Shown piece after piece: positions 28,630 to 38,347 of a stretch of 64,000 nt of DNA. This stretch comes from Candidatus Anderseniibacteriota bacterium. Lineage in GTDB: Bacteria; Patescibacteriota; Andersenbacteria; UBA10190. The stretch lies in assembly GCA_040900375.1 (NCBI GenBank), contig JBBDZC010000015.1, positions 8,366 to 72,365 of the forward strand, given 5' to 3'. The notes under the pieces were generated by a model. The model had not been told where the DNA came from. It was given only the letters and a program-made list of their open reading frames with translations, and searched no databases. Position 1 is the stretch's first letter. The number at the start of each line of letters is the position of its first letter. The position numbers were made by a program, and so were the translations under genes.

Positions 28630-28715
28630 GTTATTAAAACCACGTTCCGCACCACTTAAGGTAGGCAGTACATTCATTAAGACAATCATTAAATGATTTG
28701 TCAACTATTGCTCTT

Positions 28716-28899
28716 TGAGCTTGGTGAATAATGAATTATTGTACTCGGGTGCCGCCCCCGCCTTCACCAGTACCGCTCCGGCGGGTACACCGAGTCAAAG
28801 CCGCCTGCCCTACCGAAGCTTGCCGAAGCGAAGGCGGGTCGGACGGGGGTGCAGGTGCAGGCAGGCCCCGCTCGATACTGAAGTTATTCACCAAGCTCA
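28716..28899. mobile_element. MITE-like element (family D) with 16-bp terminal inverted repeats
   Basis: TGAGCTTGGTGAATAA...TTATTCACCAAGCTCA, flanked by TCTT on both sides. Confidence 0.75.
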
Positions 28900-28967
28900 T
28901 CTTTAAAATCGCCCATACAACAACACCCACTCAAGGTGGGTGTTGTCTGTTTGTGGCAATGTTGTTG

Positions 28968-30041
28968 TTAGCGAACCCGGCGGGCGATGACTGTTAAGCC
29001 TGTAGCACCAACCAAGGTCGTCAGCAGACCGACGAGACCCGCACCGGTGCGTGCTGTGACGGGGACAGACGTTACCCTTTGGACTCCCTTAACCTGCACC
29101 TGGCGCAGAACGAGAGTGTTGTCATGAGCACTGGCTTCCAAACCATGGTCACTACTGGTAACCACTACTTTGTTAACAAGCAGATGGTTATGAGCCGCAT
29201 CATGAGCGACTGTTGCTGTAAACGACACTTGCTTTTGTTCACCTGCGTTTAAGCTTAAGCCGCTCCACGTAATGGTTGAACCAATACGTTTGCCGCTATC
29301 GCTCATAGTCGTGATGTGTAATTTACCAGGAACCGTGTCCACAACCTTCACATCATGTAAATCAACTTCACCCGTGTTATGGATAGTAATGGCATAGGTT
29401 ACGCTATGACCCGGACGCGTAACATCACGATGATCAGTTTTACTCACCGTTAAGTCTTTATCCTTGCTCGGAGTTTCAGGCGTGGGAGTAGGTTCCACTG
29501 TTGGGGTGGGTGTTGGTGAAGGCTGCACTGTCGGCGTGGGAGTAGGTGTCGGGGTTACCTGACAACGACCATTAGGATGAGCCACAATGATACCGTGGAC
29601 TACAGATTCTCCTCGTGAGTTAAATTGGATGTTCCAGTACGGCTCCAGATCAATCTGGTAATCGCACGTGGGCACAGTCACGCTGAAGTGCCGTGTCTCG
29701 CCCGGGTTGACGACAACACGATCAGTAGCATCAAACAATTCTTGATGGTTATCCGCAAAGATCTTGTATGAAGCATGACGGATAATAATCGCGCAGGGCG
29801 AGTTATTAATGAAGGTAGCCGAGCTACCATTGAAACCGAATTTTATTTTCCCCTGCTCAACATAGGTCGTGTAGTCATCAGGGCTTGGGCCACCAATCGC
29901 TAAACAACCTGCAGCCAAGGCGTCAGGAATCATTAGGGTTCCTAGTACCGCCACCGCGCCAAAAATCATTACGCCAACAATCATCACCAAAAGAGCGATG
30001 AGTCCGACGGAAAAACCTTTGGAAGTGTGAGATTGACTCAT
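28968..30041 (-). CDS. Surface protein with PT linker, DUF11-like domain and C-terminal anchor
   Basis: N-terminal hydrophobic segment, (PT)n, L.VSKTD....PG..VTY.ITI.NTG, C-terminal VPVTARTG-TM-RRVR. Confidence 0.8.
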   Translation of the reverse strand: MSQSHTSKGFSVGLIALLVMIVGVMIFGAVAVLGTLMIPDALAAGCLAIGGPSPDDYTTYVEQGKIKFGFNGSSATFINNSPCAIIIRHASYKIFADNHQELFDATDRVVVNPGETRHFSVTVPTCDYQIDLEPYWNIQFNSRGESVVHGIIVAHPNGRCQVTPTPTPTPTVQPSPTPTPTVEPTPTPETPSKDKDLTVSKTDHRDVTRPGHSVTYAITIHNTGEVDLHDVKVVDTVPGKLHITTMSDSGKRIGSTITWSGLSLNAGEQKQVSFTATVAHDAAHNHLLVNKVVVTSSDHGLEASAHDNTLVLRQVQVKGVQRVTSVPVTARTGAGLVGLLTTLVGATGLTVIARRVR

Positions 30042-30130
30042 AGGTTTAACTTTTTAAGAATAATTCTAAAACGTTATTAAGGTTGTGTGTTGTGTTGCTC
30101 TTGTTATATGTTGTTATAAGCGAACCGTTC

Positions 30131-30158
30131 ATTATAACCATAATTATAATATTGTCAA
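30131..30158 (-). promoter_or_regulatory. Sigma-70-like promoter
   Basis: TTGACA-16 nt-TATAAT on the minus strand, upstream of the surface protein. Confidence 0.65.
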
Positions 30159-30318
30159 TACCAGCCGGTAAGAATTCCTGCTCTGGGAATTTGCCATTTA
30201 ATGGCCTATCTAAGCTAAATAAAATTAGTCGGGGCTCCTCGGCTTTACAGGTCCTTTATTAAGGTGCCCAGCCAGCCGCCTCCTTAAGATCGTGTGGCGG
30301 CAGAGGTGTTGGTGCAAG

Positions 30319-31257
30319 CTAGGGCGCTCCGCTCTCTTGGGCTACGCCAGAGGTTGTTCCTTGCTGCAAAAAGATGTCAAAAGCTTGCCGCGCGTCATCA
30401 TGATCTATTACCACTCGGACGATAGTCTCCAGAAACGGAAAGGTCGAGTAGCTGCCTAAGCGCTTTATAAGAATCGGTAATGTCAGCAGACCCTCGCTGG
30501 GCACGGACACATGACCAGTGCGTACTAATTCCTCACCCGCCGTACGATTGCGCGAATGCTGACTATAGCCCGTAGCCAGTAAATCGCCCAGCCCGGCAAT
30601 GCTGTAGGTAGTCGCTGGTTGACCTCCCAACCTCGTAATCAGAGTACTCATTTCCTGGAGCGCGTGCGTGCCTAACCAGCCTCGGGCATTGTCTCCCACA
30701 GCCAAAGCTTGAGCAATCCCTAGTCCCAGTGCGTAAACATTTTTGAGAACCCCAACCACACTCACCCCTTGAGCATCAGCGCAGTATGCAACCCTAAGAA
30801 TCGTTGGCCGAAACAATTCCTCTAATTTAGAAAAAATCACAGGTGTGGTACCAGCTACCCCATAAGCCACTTTGCCCTGGAGTAGTTCACCAGAAAGCAT
30901 TGGTCCGCCGAGTATGACCAAATCCACCTGCTTTGGTAACATCTGCTGTAATAATTCATACATAGTTGCCCCACTTTCCCCATCCAACCCCTTCACTAAA
31001 CAGACAACAATGGCGCCAGGCTTAAGATGTGAGCTACACATCTGCAATGTTGGGCGAACGGCGGTAGAAGGAATGCAGAGAAATATAAAATCAGCGGCCA
31101 GAGTCAGTTGTGGCAAAGAAATGCCATGGGAAATTTTCGAGGCATCCGTGTCAAATAAAGCAATTTCCGCTTGCTGCGTCGGTGCAATAATCTTAGCCAG
31201 CGCCTCTCCAATCCGCCCCACCCCGATAATGAGAATACGCGGCCGACTCAAGTTCAT
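30319..31257 (-). CDS. gpsA: NAD(P)H-dependent glycerol-3-phosphate dehydrogenase
   Basis: GVGRIG, VKGLD, LKNVYAL..G, GLGDLLATG.S..SRN, EG. Confidence 0.88.
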   Translation of the reverse strand: MNLSRPRILIIGVGRIGEALAKIIAPTQQAEIALFDTDASKISHGISLPQLTLAADFIFLCIPSTAVRPTLQMCSSHLKPGAIVVCLVKGLDGESGATMYELLQQMLPKQVDLVILGGPMLSGELLQGKVAYGVAGTTPVIFSKLEELFRPTILRVAYCADAQGVSVVGVLKNVYALGLGIAQALAVGDNARGWLGTHALQEMSTLITRLGGQPATTYSIAGLGDLLATGYSQHSRNRTAGEELVRTGHVSVPSEGLLTLPILIKRLGSYSTFPFLETIVRVVIDHDDARQAFDIFLQQGTTSGVAQESGAP

Positions 31258-31736
31258 ACAGTGATAGCAGAAGTGCAATGAGGACACCGCGAAGCCTGCA
31301 CCGGAATACTTAAAGCACAGTATGGACAATTCTTCTGAGTGGGATCAGTAGGCTGCTGCCGCTCTTTGCGCTGGAGACGGTTAATCTGTTTGATCACAAT
31401 AAAAATAACAAAAGCAATCACTAAAAAATCAATGATGGCGTTTAAGAACAGGCCGTAATTAATAGTTGGCGCTCCTACCGCCTGTGCCTGGGTCAGCGTT
31501 TTGTAACCTTTGCCTGATAAATCAATGAAAAGACGAGAAAAATCAACCCCTTGGAGAACCAGTCCCAGGGGCGGCATAATCACATCCTTCACTAAAGAAT
31601 TTGTGATTGCGGTCAAAGATGACCCAATGACAATCCCAATCGCTAAATCAACAACATTTCCCCGTAGCGCAAACTCCTTAAATTCATCGAAAAACTTTCG
31701 TCCCTTTATTTGCATCTTTTGTATAGTAGCATTCAT
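31254..31736 (-). CDS. mscL: Large-conductance mechanosensitive channel with C-terminal zinc ribbon
   Basis: EFKEFALRGNVVDLAIG, YGLFLNAIIDF, CPYC...CPHC. Confidence 0.95.
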   Translation of the reverse strand: MNATIQKMQIKGRKFFDEFKEFALRGNVVDLAIGIVIGSSLTAITNSLVKDVIMPPLGLVLQGVDFSRLFIDLSGKGYKTLTQAQAVGAPTINYGLFLNAIIDFLVIAFVIFIVIKQINRLQRKERQQPTDPTQKNCPYCALSIPVQASRCPHCTSAITV

Positions 31737-31880
31737 CTTCCCTAAAAAAATAATTATAATATGGTGCTAATAGGTTTCTTTATAGAGAATTTCCCCCTCA
31801 TAATGCAAGGCCAAAAGACTAATATTAAAGATGGGCCGGTAGTGGCCCATCTTTTTTAAATCAGGAGGTACGAAGCAGGA

Positions 31881-32123
31881 TTACTCTACTGGAGCAGGAT
31901 TAACATCCACGTCAATTTCATCAGGGATGGTCACACCTGCATCATTTCCTCCCCCCTCATCGGGAGCCAAAGGAGTTGCCGCGCCATTGCGCAGCGCTGG
32001 AAGACCAAACAGAACAAGTAAGATGAGAACGAGAATGACGACAATGATACCAATGATCATACCCATCCCACTCCCACTATCGCTACCCGTTGATGGAGGC
32101 GGATTATTAACTACAGTTGCCAT
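31881..32123 (-). CDS. Small single-TM protein
   Basis: TM helix and acidic tail; hairpin terminator at about 31828-31857. Confidence 0.75.
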   Translation of the reverse strand: MATVVNNPPPSTGSDSGSGMGMIIGIIVVILVLILLVLFGLPALRNGAATPLAPDEGGGNDAGVTIPDEIDVDVNPAPVE

Positions 32124-32229
32124 AGAGATATTAATCTTAATGAATAAAAGAAGGCAGTACTAACATACCGCTACAGGCAGAGAAGAAAAGGGTATTTTTA
32201 CACTGGCTGTTGATAACAATCAACTGTAG

Positions 32230-32361
32230 ATAAAAGTCACCACGGGCGGGACACCCGTGGTATCGGGGGACTTTTGTCTGCGGCGTGCCGGCTCCGCCGG
32301 GACAGTGACAAAGCCTTTCATCCTCGGGCTTACGCCCAAGATCTTACGGGCTCTAGATAAA
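32230..32361. mobile_element. Palindromic element, family C, copy 1
   Basis: Near-identical reverse-complement copy at 62392-62522; ATAAA at both ends. Confidence 0.85.
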
Positions 32362-32543
32362 CACCGTCTCGTAAGCATGACCAGTGTGTATTTGCCTCAC
32401 TTGCCCCAGATAAAAACAAGTTTTCGCCCGTAAGCTCGCTCGCAAATATGAAGCTGTCCCCGCTAGGTTACGCGGGGTATTTGCGGGGTGTAATAAAACT
32501 CGCCCCACACAAAGGCGGGGCGAGTTTGTAAATCACGGGCTAC

Positions 32544-32858
32544 TTACCAACTGTTGCGATTACCGCCACGGTCAGCACCATAGCCACCACCTCGGCGAGG
32601 TGGGCGGCTTGCCAAGGGGCGAGCCTCATTGACGGTCAACGTCCGACCCTCAAATTCTTTATCGTGCCACAGTTCAATCGCCTTTTGGGCATCTTCATCT
32701 GTAGCCATTTCGACAAAGCCAAAACCGCGTGAGCGACCGGACATTTTGTCCGTGATAATACTAGCTGATTCGACCGTACCCGCCTGCCCAAATGCTTCTC
32801 GCAAAGCATCCTCGCTGGTGCTGTACGGCAAACCGCCAATATATAATTTTTTTGCCAT
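32544..32858 (-). CDS. RRM-domain RNA-binding protein
   Basis: RNP2 LYIGGL, RNP1 RGFGFVEM, VNEARP, Gly/Arg tail; terminator at about 32497-32527. Confidence 0.95.
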   Translation of the reverse strand: MAKKLYIGGLPYSTSEDALREAFGQAGTVESASIITDKMSGRSRGFGFVEMATDEDAQKAIELWHDKEFEGRTLTVNEARPLASRPPRRGGGYGADRGGNRNSW

Positions 32859-32880
32859 GTAATTTCACTTCTTCTGATTA

Positions 32881-32960
32881 ACTTCGTAGCCGACCTTTCC
32901 TAACACTGACGCAAGCGCTTACCAATAAGCGCTGCGGGAAAACCCTGTCACTTACGAAGT
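32881..32960 (-). promoter_or_regulatory. Structured 5' leader of the RRM gene
   Basis: Nested ACTTCGTA/TACGAAGT, TTTCC/GGAAA and AGCGCTTA/TAAGCGCT stems. Confidence 0.6.
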
Positions 32961-33072
32961 GAACCAGCGCGGAAAACTACGACTCCCTTATCATACTGAA
33001 ATTCCCAAAAAACACAAGGAAGGTAGCAAAAATTGCCCTGTCTCTTTAACAGTAGGCTCTCTAGATCTTGGA

Positions 33073-33372
33073 TTAACGACGACGCCAGAGACGCAGCCCT
33101 TCGAGCAACATCACCAGCGCGATCAGAAAACTAATGCCGCTTGTCACTAAGGCTGGCCTGACAAATGTCTCCAAATCTGCTAGTTGGAAAAATAAACTTA
33201 GTACTAAAATCGTAATCCCAACTACCCCCACCGCTATACTTCCCAAGGCTAAACCCGCGCCAAGTAGTAACCCCCTAACATTGCGGCCGCTCCAGTAGTT
33301 TCGCCCAGTAAGCTGCGACGCCACATAATAGGTCGCACTAGTCGCTGCTAGTTTAAGCAATGGCTTGAACAT
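33073..33372 (-). CDS. YqjE/holin-like membrane protein
   Basis: Two TM helices; follows the DUF883 gene as in yqjDE. Confidence 0.55.
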   Translation of the reverse strand: MFKPLLKLAATSATYYVASQLTGRNYWSGRNVRGLLLGAGLALGSIAVGVVGITILVLSLFFQLADLETFVRPALVTSGISFLIALVMLLEGLRLWRRR

Positions 33373-33382
33373 CTCTCAAGCT

Positions 33383-33637
33383 TCATTGCCGCCGTCCGCG
33401 AGAAAAAAGTACTCCCATAATGGCCCCAACCGCGGCGGCGATGGCGACGGCTGTCCAGGCATGCTCGCGGGCATATTCATCGACTTGTTTACCAGCTCCC
33501 TGCGCGGCGCGGGCCGCCTCTTGGGCAGCAGCCTTGACATCAGTTCGAGCGGCCGATACCGCCGCTGATAAATCCTCCCGGAGCTGCTGCGCATCGCGCT
33601 TAACATCATCATAAGGACTGCCTGGACCGTACTGCAT
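33383..33637 (-). CDS. DUF883/ElaB/YqjD family protein
   Basis: Ala-rich helix, VDEYAREH.W.AVAIAAAVG..MG.L..R. Confidence 0.85.
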   Translation of the reverse strand: MQYGPGSPYDDVKRDAQQLREDLSAAVSAARTDVKAAAQEAARAAQGAGKQVDEYAREHAWTAVAIAAAVGAIMGVLFSRGRRQ

Positions 33638-33714
33638 AAAGTTTTCCTCTTTAATTACGTTTTAAGATAGCTCAACCATACGGCAGCAGGAGCGGAAAGT
33701 CGATAGAAAATACC

Positions 33715-34203
33715 CTATGATGGGCTAGGTTTAGTCAGGCTAAGAGCCAGTAGACCCGTCAATGGTAGTTGCACGAGAGGGCTCAACCCTAGGCCGAAAA
33801 TCGTGGGCATGGCAGCACGGTAGGACCACTGGTGAAAGATATATACCGCTTTAAATTCAATCACTACCGCTATCCCCACCGCTAAACCGACAAAAACAGC
33901 GGTGGATAAACTGGTCCGCCGATTAAACCACGCCGCATCTTTGAAGAAAATCGCGCCTAGAGCGAGCACGAGCAAAAGCAAGAGCATATCCGTCAAGGCA
34001 CAGTCGGTCATCATGAGAACAAAATCTGGTAGTGAGGAGATCTGACGAGGCTGACCATCAGGGAAACCCTGGTACAAATAGACCGCGTGCCACGACTCCC
34101 ACAGAAAATTAAGCAGAAAAGTGCTCACCGAAAATACTAACAAGCGACGGTATTTCTTCAAGCCCTGCTGGAGGGGCAAGAAAAAGTTAGGAGAGCTTAC
34201 CAT
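33715..34203 (-). CDS. Conserved membrane protein
   Basis: LNFLWE..H..LY and W.Y...MP.IFG.GLSPLVQ patterns. Confidence 0.7.
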   Translation of the reverse strand: MVSSPNFFLPLQQGLKKYRRLLVFSVSTFLLNFLWESWHAVYLYQGFPDGQPRQISSLPDFVLMMTDCALTDMLLLLLVLALGAIFFKDAAWFNRRTSLSTAVFVGLAVGIAVVIEFKAVYIFHQWSYRAAMPTIFGLGLSPLVQLPLTGLLALSLTKPSPS

Positions 34204-34301
34204 ATCCCCTAGTTTACCTTAGAAGCACACTCATAGTCACAGGCCGCAACGATCCGCCTGGCTATGTTTGCGGTCAGCGGCATTTCTGGTATGGTAAAAA
34301 A

Positions 34302-34733
34302 ATGAAAAAGACCGTCGCCCCCATTGCCGAGCCGAATATAACGGCCGAAATCATCCAACAACCAGAAATCGTGGCCGATGATGATCGCGGTGTTATTGAA
34401 AAACTAGCGGCAGGCAATTACCAAAGTGTTTTGCGGATTACGTCGAAGCGGGGCACGGTCCGTGCCAATCACTACCACAAACGCGACTCTCACCTCTGCT
34501 ACCTCGTGCGCGGCAAAATTGAGTACTGGCACCAACTAGTAGATACTCCCCAAGCACCACTCGAAAAAATTATCATTACCCCTGGGCAGTTATTTTATAC
34601 CCCTCCTTTAGTCGCTCACGCTATGCATTTCCTCGAGGACTCGGAATTCTACTGTTTTACGACGCAACCCCGTTCGCAAGCCGCCTATGAAGAAGACATA
34701 GTCCGCGTCACTGTGTTTGTGCCTCCCGCGTAA
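34302..34733 (+). CDS. Cupin-domain protein (sugar isomerase/epimerase-like)
   Basis: DDRG, RANHYH, PP..AH; heads the sugar operon. Confidence 0.8.
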   Translation: MKKTVAPIAEPNITAEIIQQPEIVADDDRGVIEKLAAGNYQSVLRITSKRGTVRANHYHKRDSHLCYLVRGKIEYWHQLVDTPQAPLEKIIITPGQLFYTPPLVAHAMHFLEDSEFYCFTTQPRSQAAYEEDIVRVTVFVPPA

Positions 34734-34735
34734 CA

Positions 34736-36013
34736 ATGTCCTTCCCTCTTCAAGACCGCACCGAGACGGACCAGCTCTTTCAGACGCGCTCAACCTGCCG
34801 CTTGTGTGCCAGTCAAGACTTGCAGCAATTATGGTCCTTTGGGACTACCCCACTGGCCAATGCGTATCTTAAACCCGAACAAATTGGCCAATCAGAAGCT
34901 TTTGTACCATTGACGGTCTCGCAATGCGCTACGTGCCATCTTGTGCAAATGCCGCATGTTGTTTCCCCGGAAATTCTTTTTGCCAACTATCATTATCTTT
35001 CCTCCACCTCACCGAGCTTTGTGGCCCACTTTGTTCAATATGCTCAAGCTCTCAGGCAACGATTCCACCTGACAGAACAATCGCTCGTGGTTGATATTGG
35101 CAGCAACGATGGCGTACTCTTAAAGCCCTTGCGCGACGCTGGCATACGGGTCCTCGGTATTGAACCAGCCCAGAACATTGCGGCGATGGCACTCACCGAA
35201 GGCATTGAGACAATTGCCCAGTTTTTTACTCCCCCGCTCGCGAGCGCGCTTGCCAGCAGTCATGGCCAAGCAGACATTATTACTGCCAATAACGTATTTG
35301 CGCACACTGATACAGTGGATGTTTTTGTCGCGGCGGTGCGCACCTTGCTCAAACCCGAGGGAGTATTCATTTTTGAGGTCCAGTATTTAGGCGATCTCGT
35401 GGAGAAAAACTTATTTGATATCGTCTATCATGAGCATCTCTGTTACTACCACCTTACCCCGCTTATTCCCTTCTTTGCTGCCCAGGGCTTGCAAGTTTTT
35501 GATGTCGAGCGGCAGGATGTTCATGGTGGATCACTGCGAGTATTCGTGCAACATCAAGGGGGACCCCACCATCCTTCTGCCCGACTATCCCAAATCCTAG
35601 CCGCCGAAGAACAGCAGGGGCTAAACCGCGTCGCGACGTACACTGATTTTGCCAAGCGTGTTGCTCATAACAAGCATAAATTACAAACCCTCATTCGCAC
35701 ACTCAAAAATGATGGCAAGCGCATTGTCGGTTACGGCGCCCCCGCCAAAGCTACCACTTTGCTTTACGCCTTTGACATCGATCACATCCTCCTCGACTAC
35801 ATTGTCGACGACGACAAAAAGATAAAGCAGGGTCTGGTGATGCCGGGCAACCACATTCCTATTGTCGCCCCCGAGAAGCTCTACAAAGACAAGCCCGATT
35901 ACTGCTTGATTCTTGCCTGGAACTTTGCCCAACCCATTATCCAAAATCATCAGCGCTTTACCGCGCAGGGAGGACAGTTTATTATTCCTATACCAGAGCC
36001 AACTGTTGTCTAA
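34736..36013 (+). CDS. NDP-hexose C-methyltransferase family
   Basis: CRLC, PLANAY, CATC.LVQ, DIGSNDG, YHEH, HGGSLR, YGAPAKATT, LAWNF. Confidence 0.9.
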   Translation: MSFPLQDRTETDQLFQTRSTCRLCASQDLQQLWSFGTTPLANAYLKPEQIGQSEAFVPLTVSQCATCHLVQMPHVVSPEILFANYHYLSSTSPSFVAHFVQYAQALRQRFHLTEQSLVVDIGSNDGVLLKPLRDAGIRVLGIEPAQNIAAMALTEGIETIAQFFTPPLASALASSHGQADIITANNVFAHTDTVDVFVAAVRTLLKPEGVFIFEVQYLGDLVEKNLFDIVYHEHLCYYHLTPLIPFFAAQGLQVFDVERQDVHGGSLRVFVQHQGGPHHPSARLSQILAAEEQQGLNRVATYTDFAKRVAHNKHKLQTLIRTLKNDGKRIVGYGAPAKATTLLYAFDIDHILLDYIVDDDKKIKQGLVMPGNHIPIVAPEKLYKDKPDYCLILAWNFAQPIIQNHQRFTAQGGQFIIPIPEPTVV

Positions 36014-36016
36014 GTG

Positions 36017-37132
36017 ATGCCTACCTCTCCTATCATCCAAGCTGACATCGCCACTATCGTCCAGGGTGTAGGCAAAGATGCTGAACAATTTTCCGGAAAA
36101 ACCATCCTCATTAGTGGCGGCGCAGGCTTTCTCGGAAAATACTTTTTAGGAGTTTTTAGCTATCTTAACGAGCACGTCTTAGCCCAACCCTGCCGCGTCG
36201 TGTCAGTCGATAACTACATCACCGGCCAGCGCGATCCTAATTTTGACTACAGCGATAAAACCCACATCCTTGATGTCTGGGGAGATGTTACGTTCCCCTT
36301 GCCTATCCGTGAAGATATTAACTACATTATTCATGCCGCCGGCCTGGCCTCACCGGTGTACTACATGCAATATCCGCTTGAGACGATCGAAAGCGCTGTC
36401 ACCGGTGCCAAAAACCTTTTAGAACTAGCGCGCCGGAACCATCTTGATGGTTTTCTTTTATTCAGTTCTAGCGAAATTTACGGCGATCCAGACCCTCGCT
36501 CCATTCCCACCCCCGAAACCTACCACGGCAATGTTTCGAGCGTCGGCCCCCGTGCATGTTACGACGAATCTAAGCGCTTAGCCGAGACCATCGCTACTAT
36601 TTACCAGCAGCACCACGGCATACCCATTAAGATCATTCGGCCTTTTAACGTCTTTGGGCCAGGCATGAAGCACAACGATCGCCGGGTTGTGCCTATGTTT
36701 GCCTACCAAGCTTTAAATAGCCAAACCTTGCCTGTGCACGGCGATGGTCACCAAACGCGCACATTCTGCTACATCACTGACGCCATGACTGGTTTTCTTA
36801 AAGGCTTGCTGCGGGGCCACGCCGGCGAAGCCTACAACATTGGCAATGATGATAATGAAATCTCAATGCGTGATCTCGCCGCTCTCTTTACCAGCGTGGT
36901 CAGCCCCAACGCTACCTATGCTATGATTCCGTACCCTGTTACATACCCTGCCGGCGAACCCCAGCGGCGCTGCCCTGACTTGCACAAGGCCAAAAATCAT
37001 CTTGAATTTACACCTCATGTCTCACTGCGCCAGGGTCTTGAAAGGTTCATCGAGTGGTGTCGCAGTGAAGAATCGTATGTCGGTGCCCAAGCAGCCAGTG
37101 TCCCTGTATTACTCTCTACTTCCGGTTCTTAA
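36017..37132 (+). CDS. NAD-dependent epimerase/dehydratase (UDP-glucuronate decarboxylase-like)
   Basis: GGAGFLG, ASP..Y, SSSEIYGDP, GPRACYDESKR, TRTFCY. Confidence 0.9.
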   Translation: MPTSPIIQADIATIVQGVGKDAEQFSGKTILISGGAGFLGKYFLGVFSYLNEHVLAQPCRVVSVDNYITGQRDPNFDYSDKTHILDVWGDVTFPLPIREDINYIIHAAGLASPVYYMQYPLETIESAVTGAKNLLELARRNHLDGFLLFSSSEIYGDPDPRSIPTPETYHGNVSSVGPRACYDESKRLAETIATIYQQHHGIPIKIIRPFNVFGPGMKHNDRRVVPMFAYQALNSQTLPVHGDGHQTRTFCYITDAMTGFLKGLLRGHAGEAYNIGNDDNEISMRDLAALFTSVVSPNATYAMIPYPVTYPAGEPQRRCPDLHKAKNHLEFTPHVSLRQGLERFIEWCRSEESYVGAQAASVPVLLSTSGS

Positions 37133-37164
37133 GTCCCGTGCAGTCTCATTAAGCTTTTATCACT

Positions 37165-38139
37165 ATGGTCAACATAGCGCTCATCGGCGTGGGCCGGTGG
37201 GGAATAAATATTTTACGGACCTTGCCCCGCATTGCTGGCTGTCGGGTAGCGGCAATCTGTAACACCGATACCACAGATGCTTCAGCGCTATTAACATCCC
37301 CCGCTGCCATTATCACCCGTGATTATCACGAGTTGCTCGGCCGCCCAGACATTGATGGCGTGATTATTGCTACCCCTGCTACTACCCACACAACTATCGC
37401 TCTCCCCTTCATCAAGCGGGGCACCCCTACGTTTATCGAGAAACCCTTAGCAACCGATGAAGTTTCTGCTGTCGCCCTCCAAGAAGCGGCCCGCCTTAAA
37501 AATACGCTTGTGATGGTAGGCCATATTCATCTCTATAATCCCGCCTATCTCACGCTCAAAAGCCTCGTCACAAAAATCGGCAAGATTCGTTTGGTGCTGT
37601 TCGAGGGCATGAATAATGGACCTTACCGCTCTGACACATCAGCCCTGTGGGATTGGGCCCCCCATGATGTCGCCCTCGCTCTTGATCTCTTACGCTCTGA
37701 ACCCGACCACATTCAAGCCTGGGGAATTAACGTCCTGCGCCCGACCACCAACTTATACGACGTCGCTGCTCTCAAAATGTCATTTCCTAATAACGTGCAA
37801 GTACTTTCCCTGGTAAGTTGGCTGTCACCAGAAAAACGCAAAAAACTTACCGTGATTGGCGAAAACAGTACCGTGGTCTTTGATGATACCGCCGCCAAAA
37901 AAGTTATTTTCTATGAGAACATGGGACCCCAGGTGCAAGCAGAAAACGTGACACGGCAAGAACCAACAATTTCTTATCCTCACTATAGCAGTGAGTCGCC
38001 GCTGCAGCGGGAACTTCAAGCTTTTATCCAAAGTATCTCCACTCACCAAGTTCCCCCAACGTCTCTTGAGCAAGGCGTGACTACCGTACGCATCATCGCC
38101 GCCGCCGAAAAATCTATTGCCGCTCACTCTAGCGCCTAG
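37165..38139 (+). CDS. Gfo/Idh/MocA family oxidoreductase
   Basis: GVGRWG, IATP, IEKPL, WDWAPHD. Confidence 0.9.
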   Translation: MVNIALIGVGRWGINILRTLPRIAGCRVAAICNTDTTDASALLTSPAAIITRDYHELLGRPDIDGVIIATPATTHTTIALPFIKRGTPTFIEKPLATDEVSAVALQEAARLKNTLVMVGHIHLYNPAYLTLKSLVTKIGKIRLVLFEGMNNGPYRSDTSALWDWAPHDVALALDLLRSEPDHIQAWGINVLRPTTNLYDVAALKMSFPNNVQVLSLVSWLSPEKRKKLTVIGENSTVVFDDTAAKKVIFYENMGPQVQAENVTRQEPTISYPHYSSESPLQRELQAFIQSISTHQVPPTSLEQGVTTVRIIAAAEKSIAAHSSA

Positions 38140-38309
38140 CGCGGTGGCACCTTCTTGCCCTTTCCCCGCGCCTCCGAGAGGCCAATGGCAACTGCTTGCT
38201 GCCGACTGGTTACCTTCTTGCCGCTGGGGCCGCTCTTGAGCTTGCCTCGTTTAAACTTATGCATTGCTCGCTCCACGTCTTTTTGTGCTCCTTGACTATA
38301 TTTAGGCAT
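38136..38309 (-). CDS. Small basic protein (DUF6496-like)
   Basis: MHKFKRGKLKSG.SGKKVTSRQQAVAIGLSEAR. Confidence 0.85.
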   Translation of the reverse strand: MPKYSQGAQKDVERAMHKFKRGKLKSGPSGKKVTSRQQAVAIGLSEARGKGKKVPPR

Positions 38310-38347
38310 TGTCAATCTCACCTCTCTTTCCCCCGGTGATTCAATTA

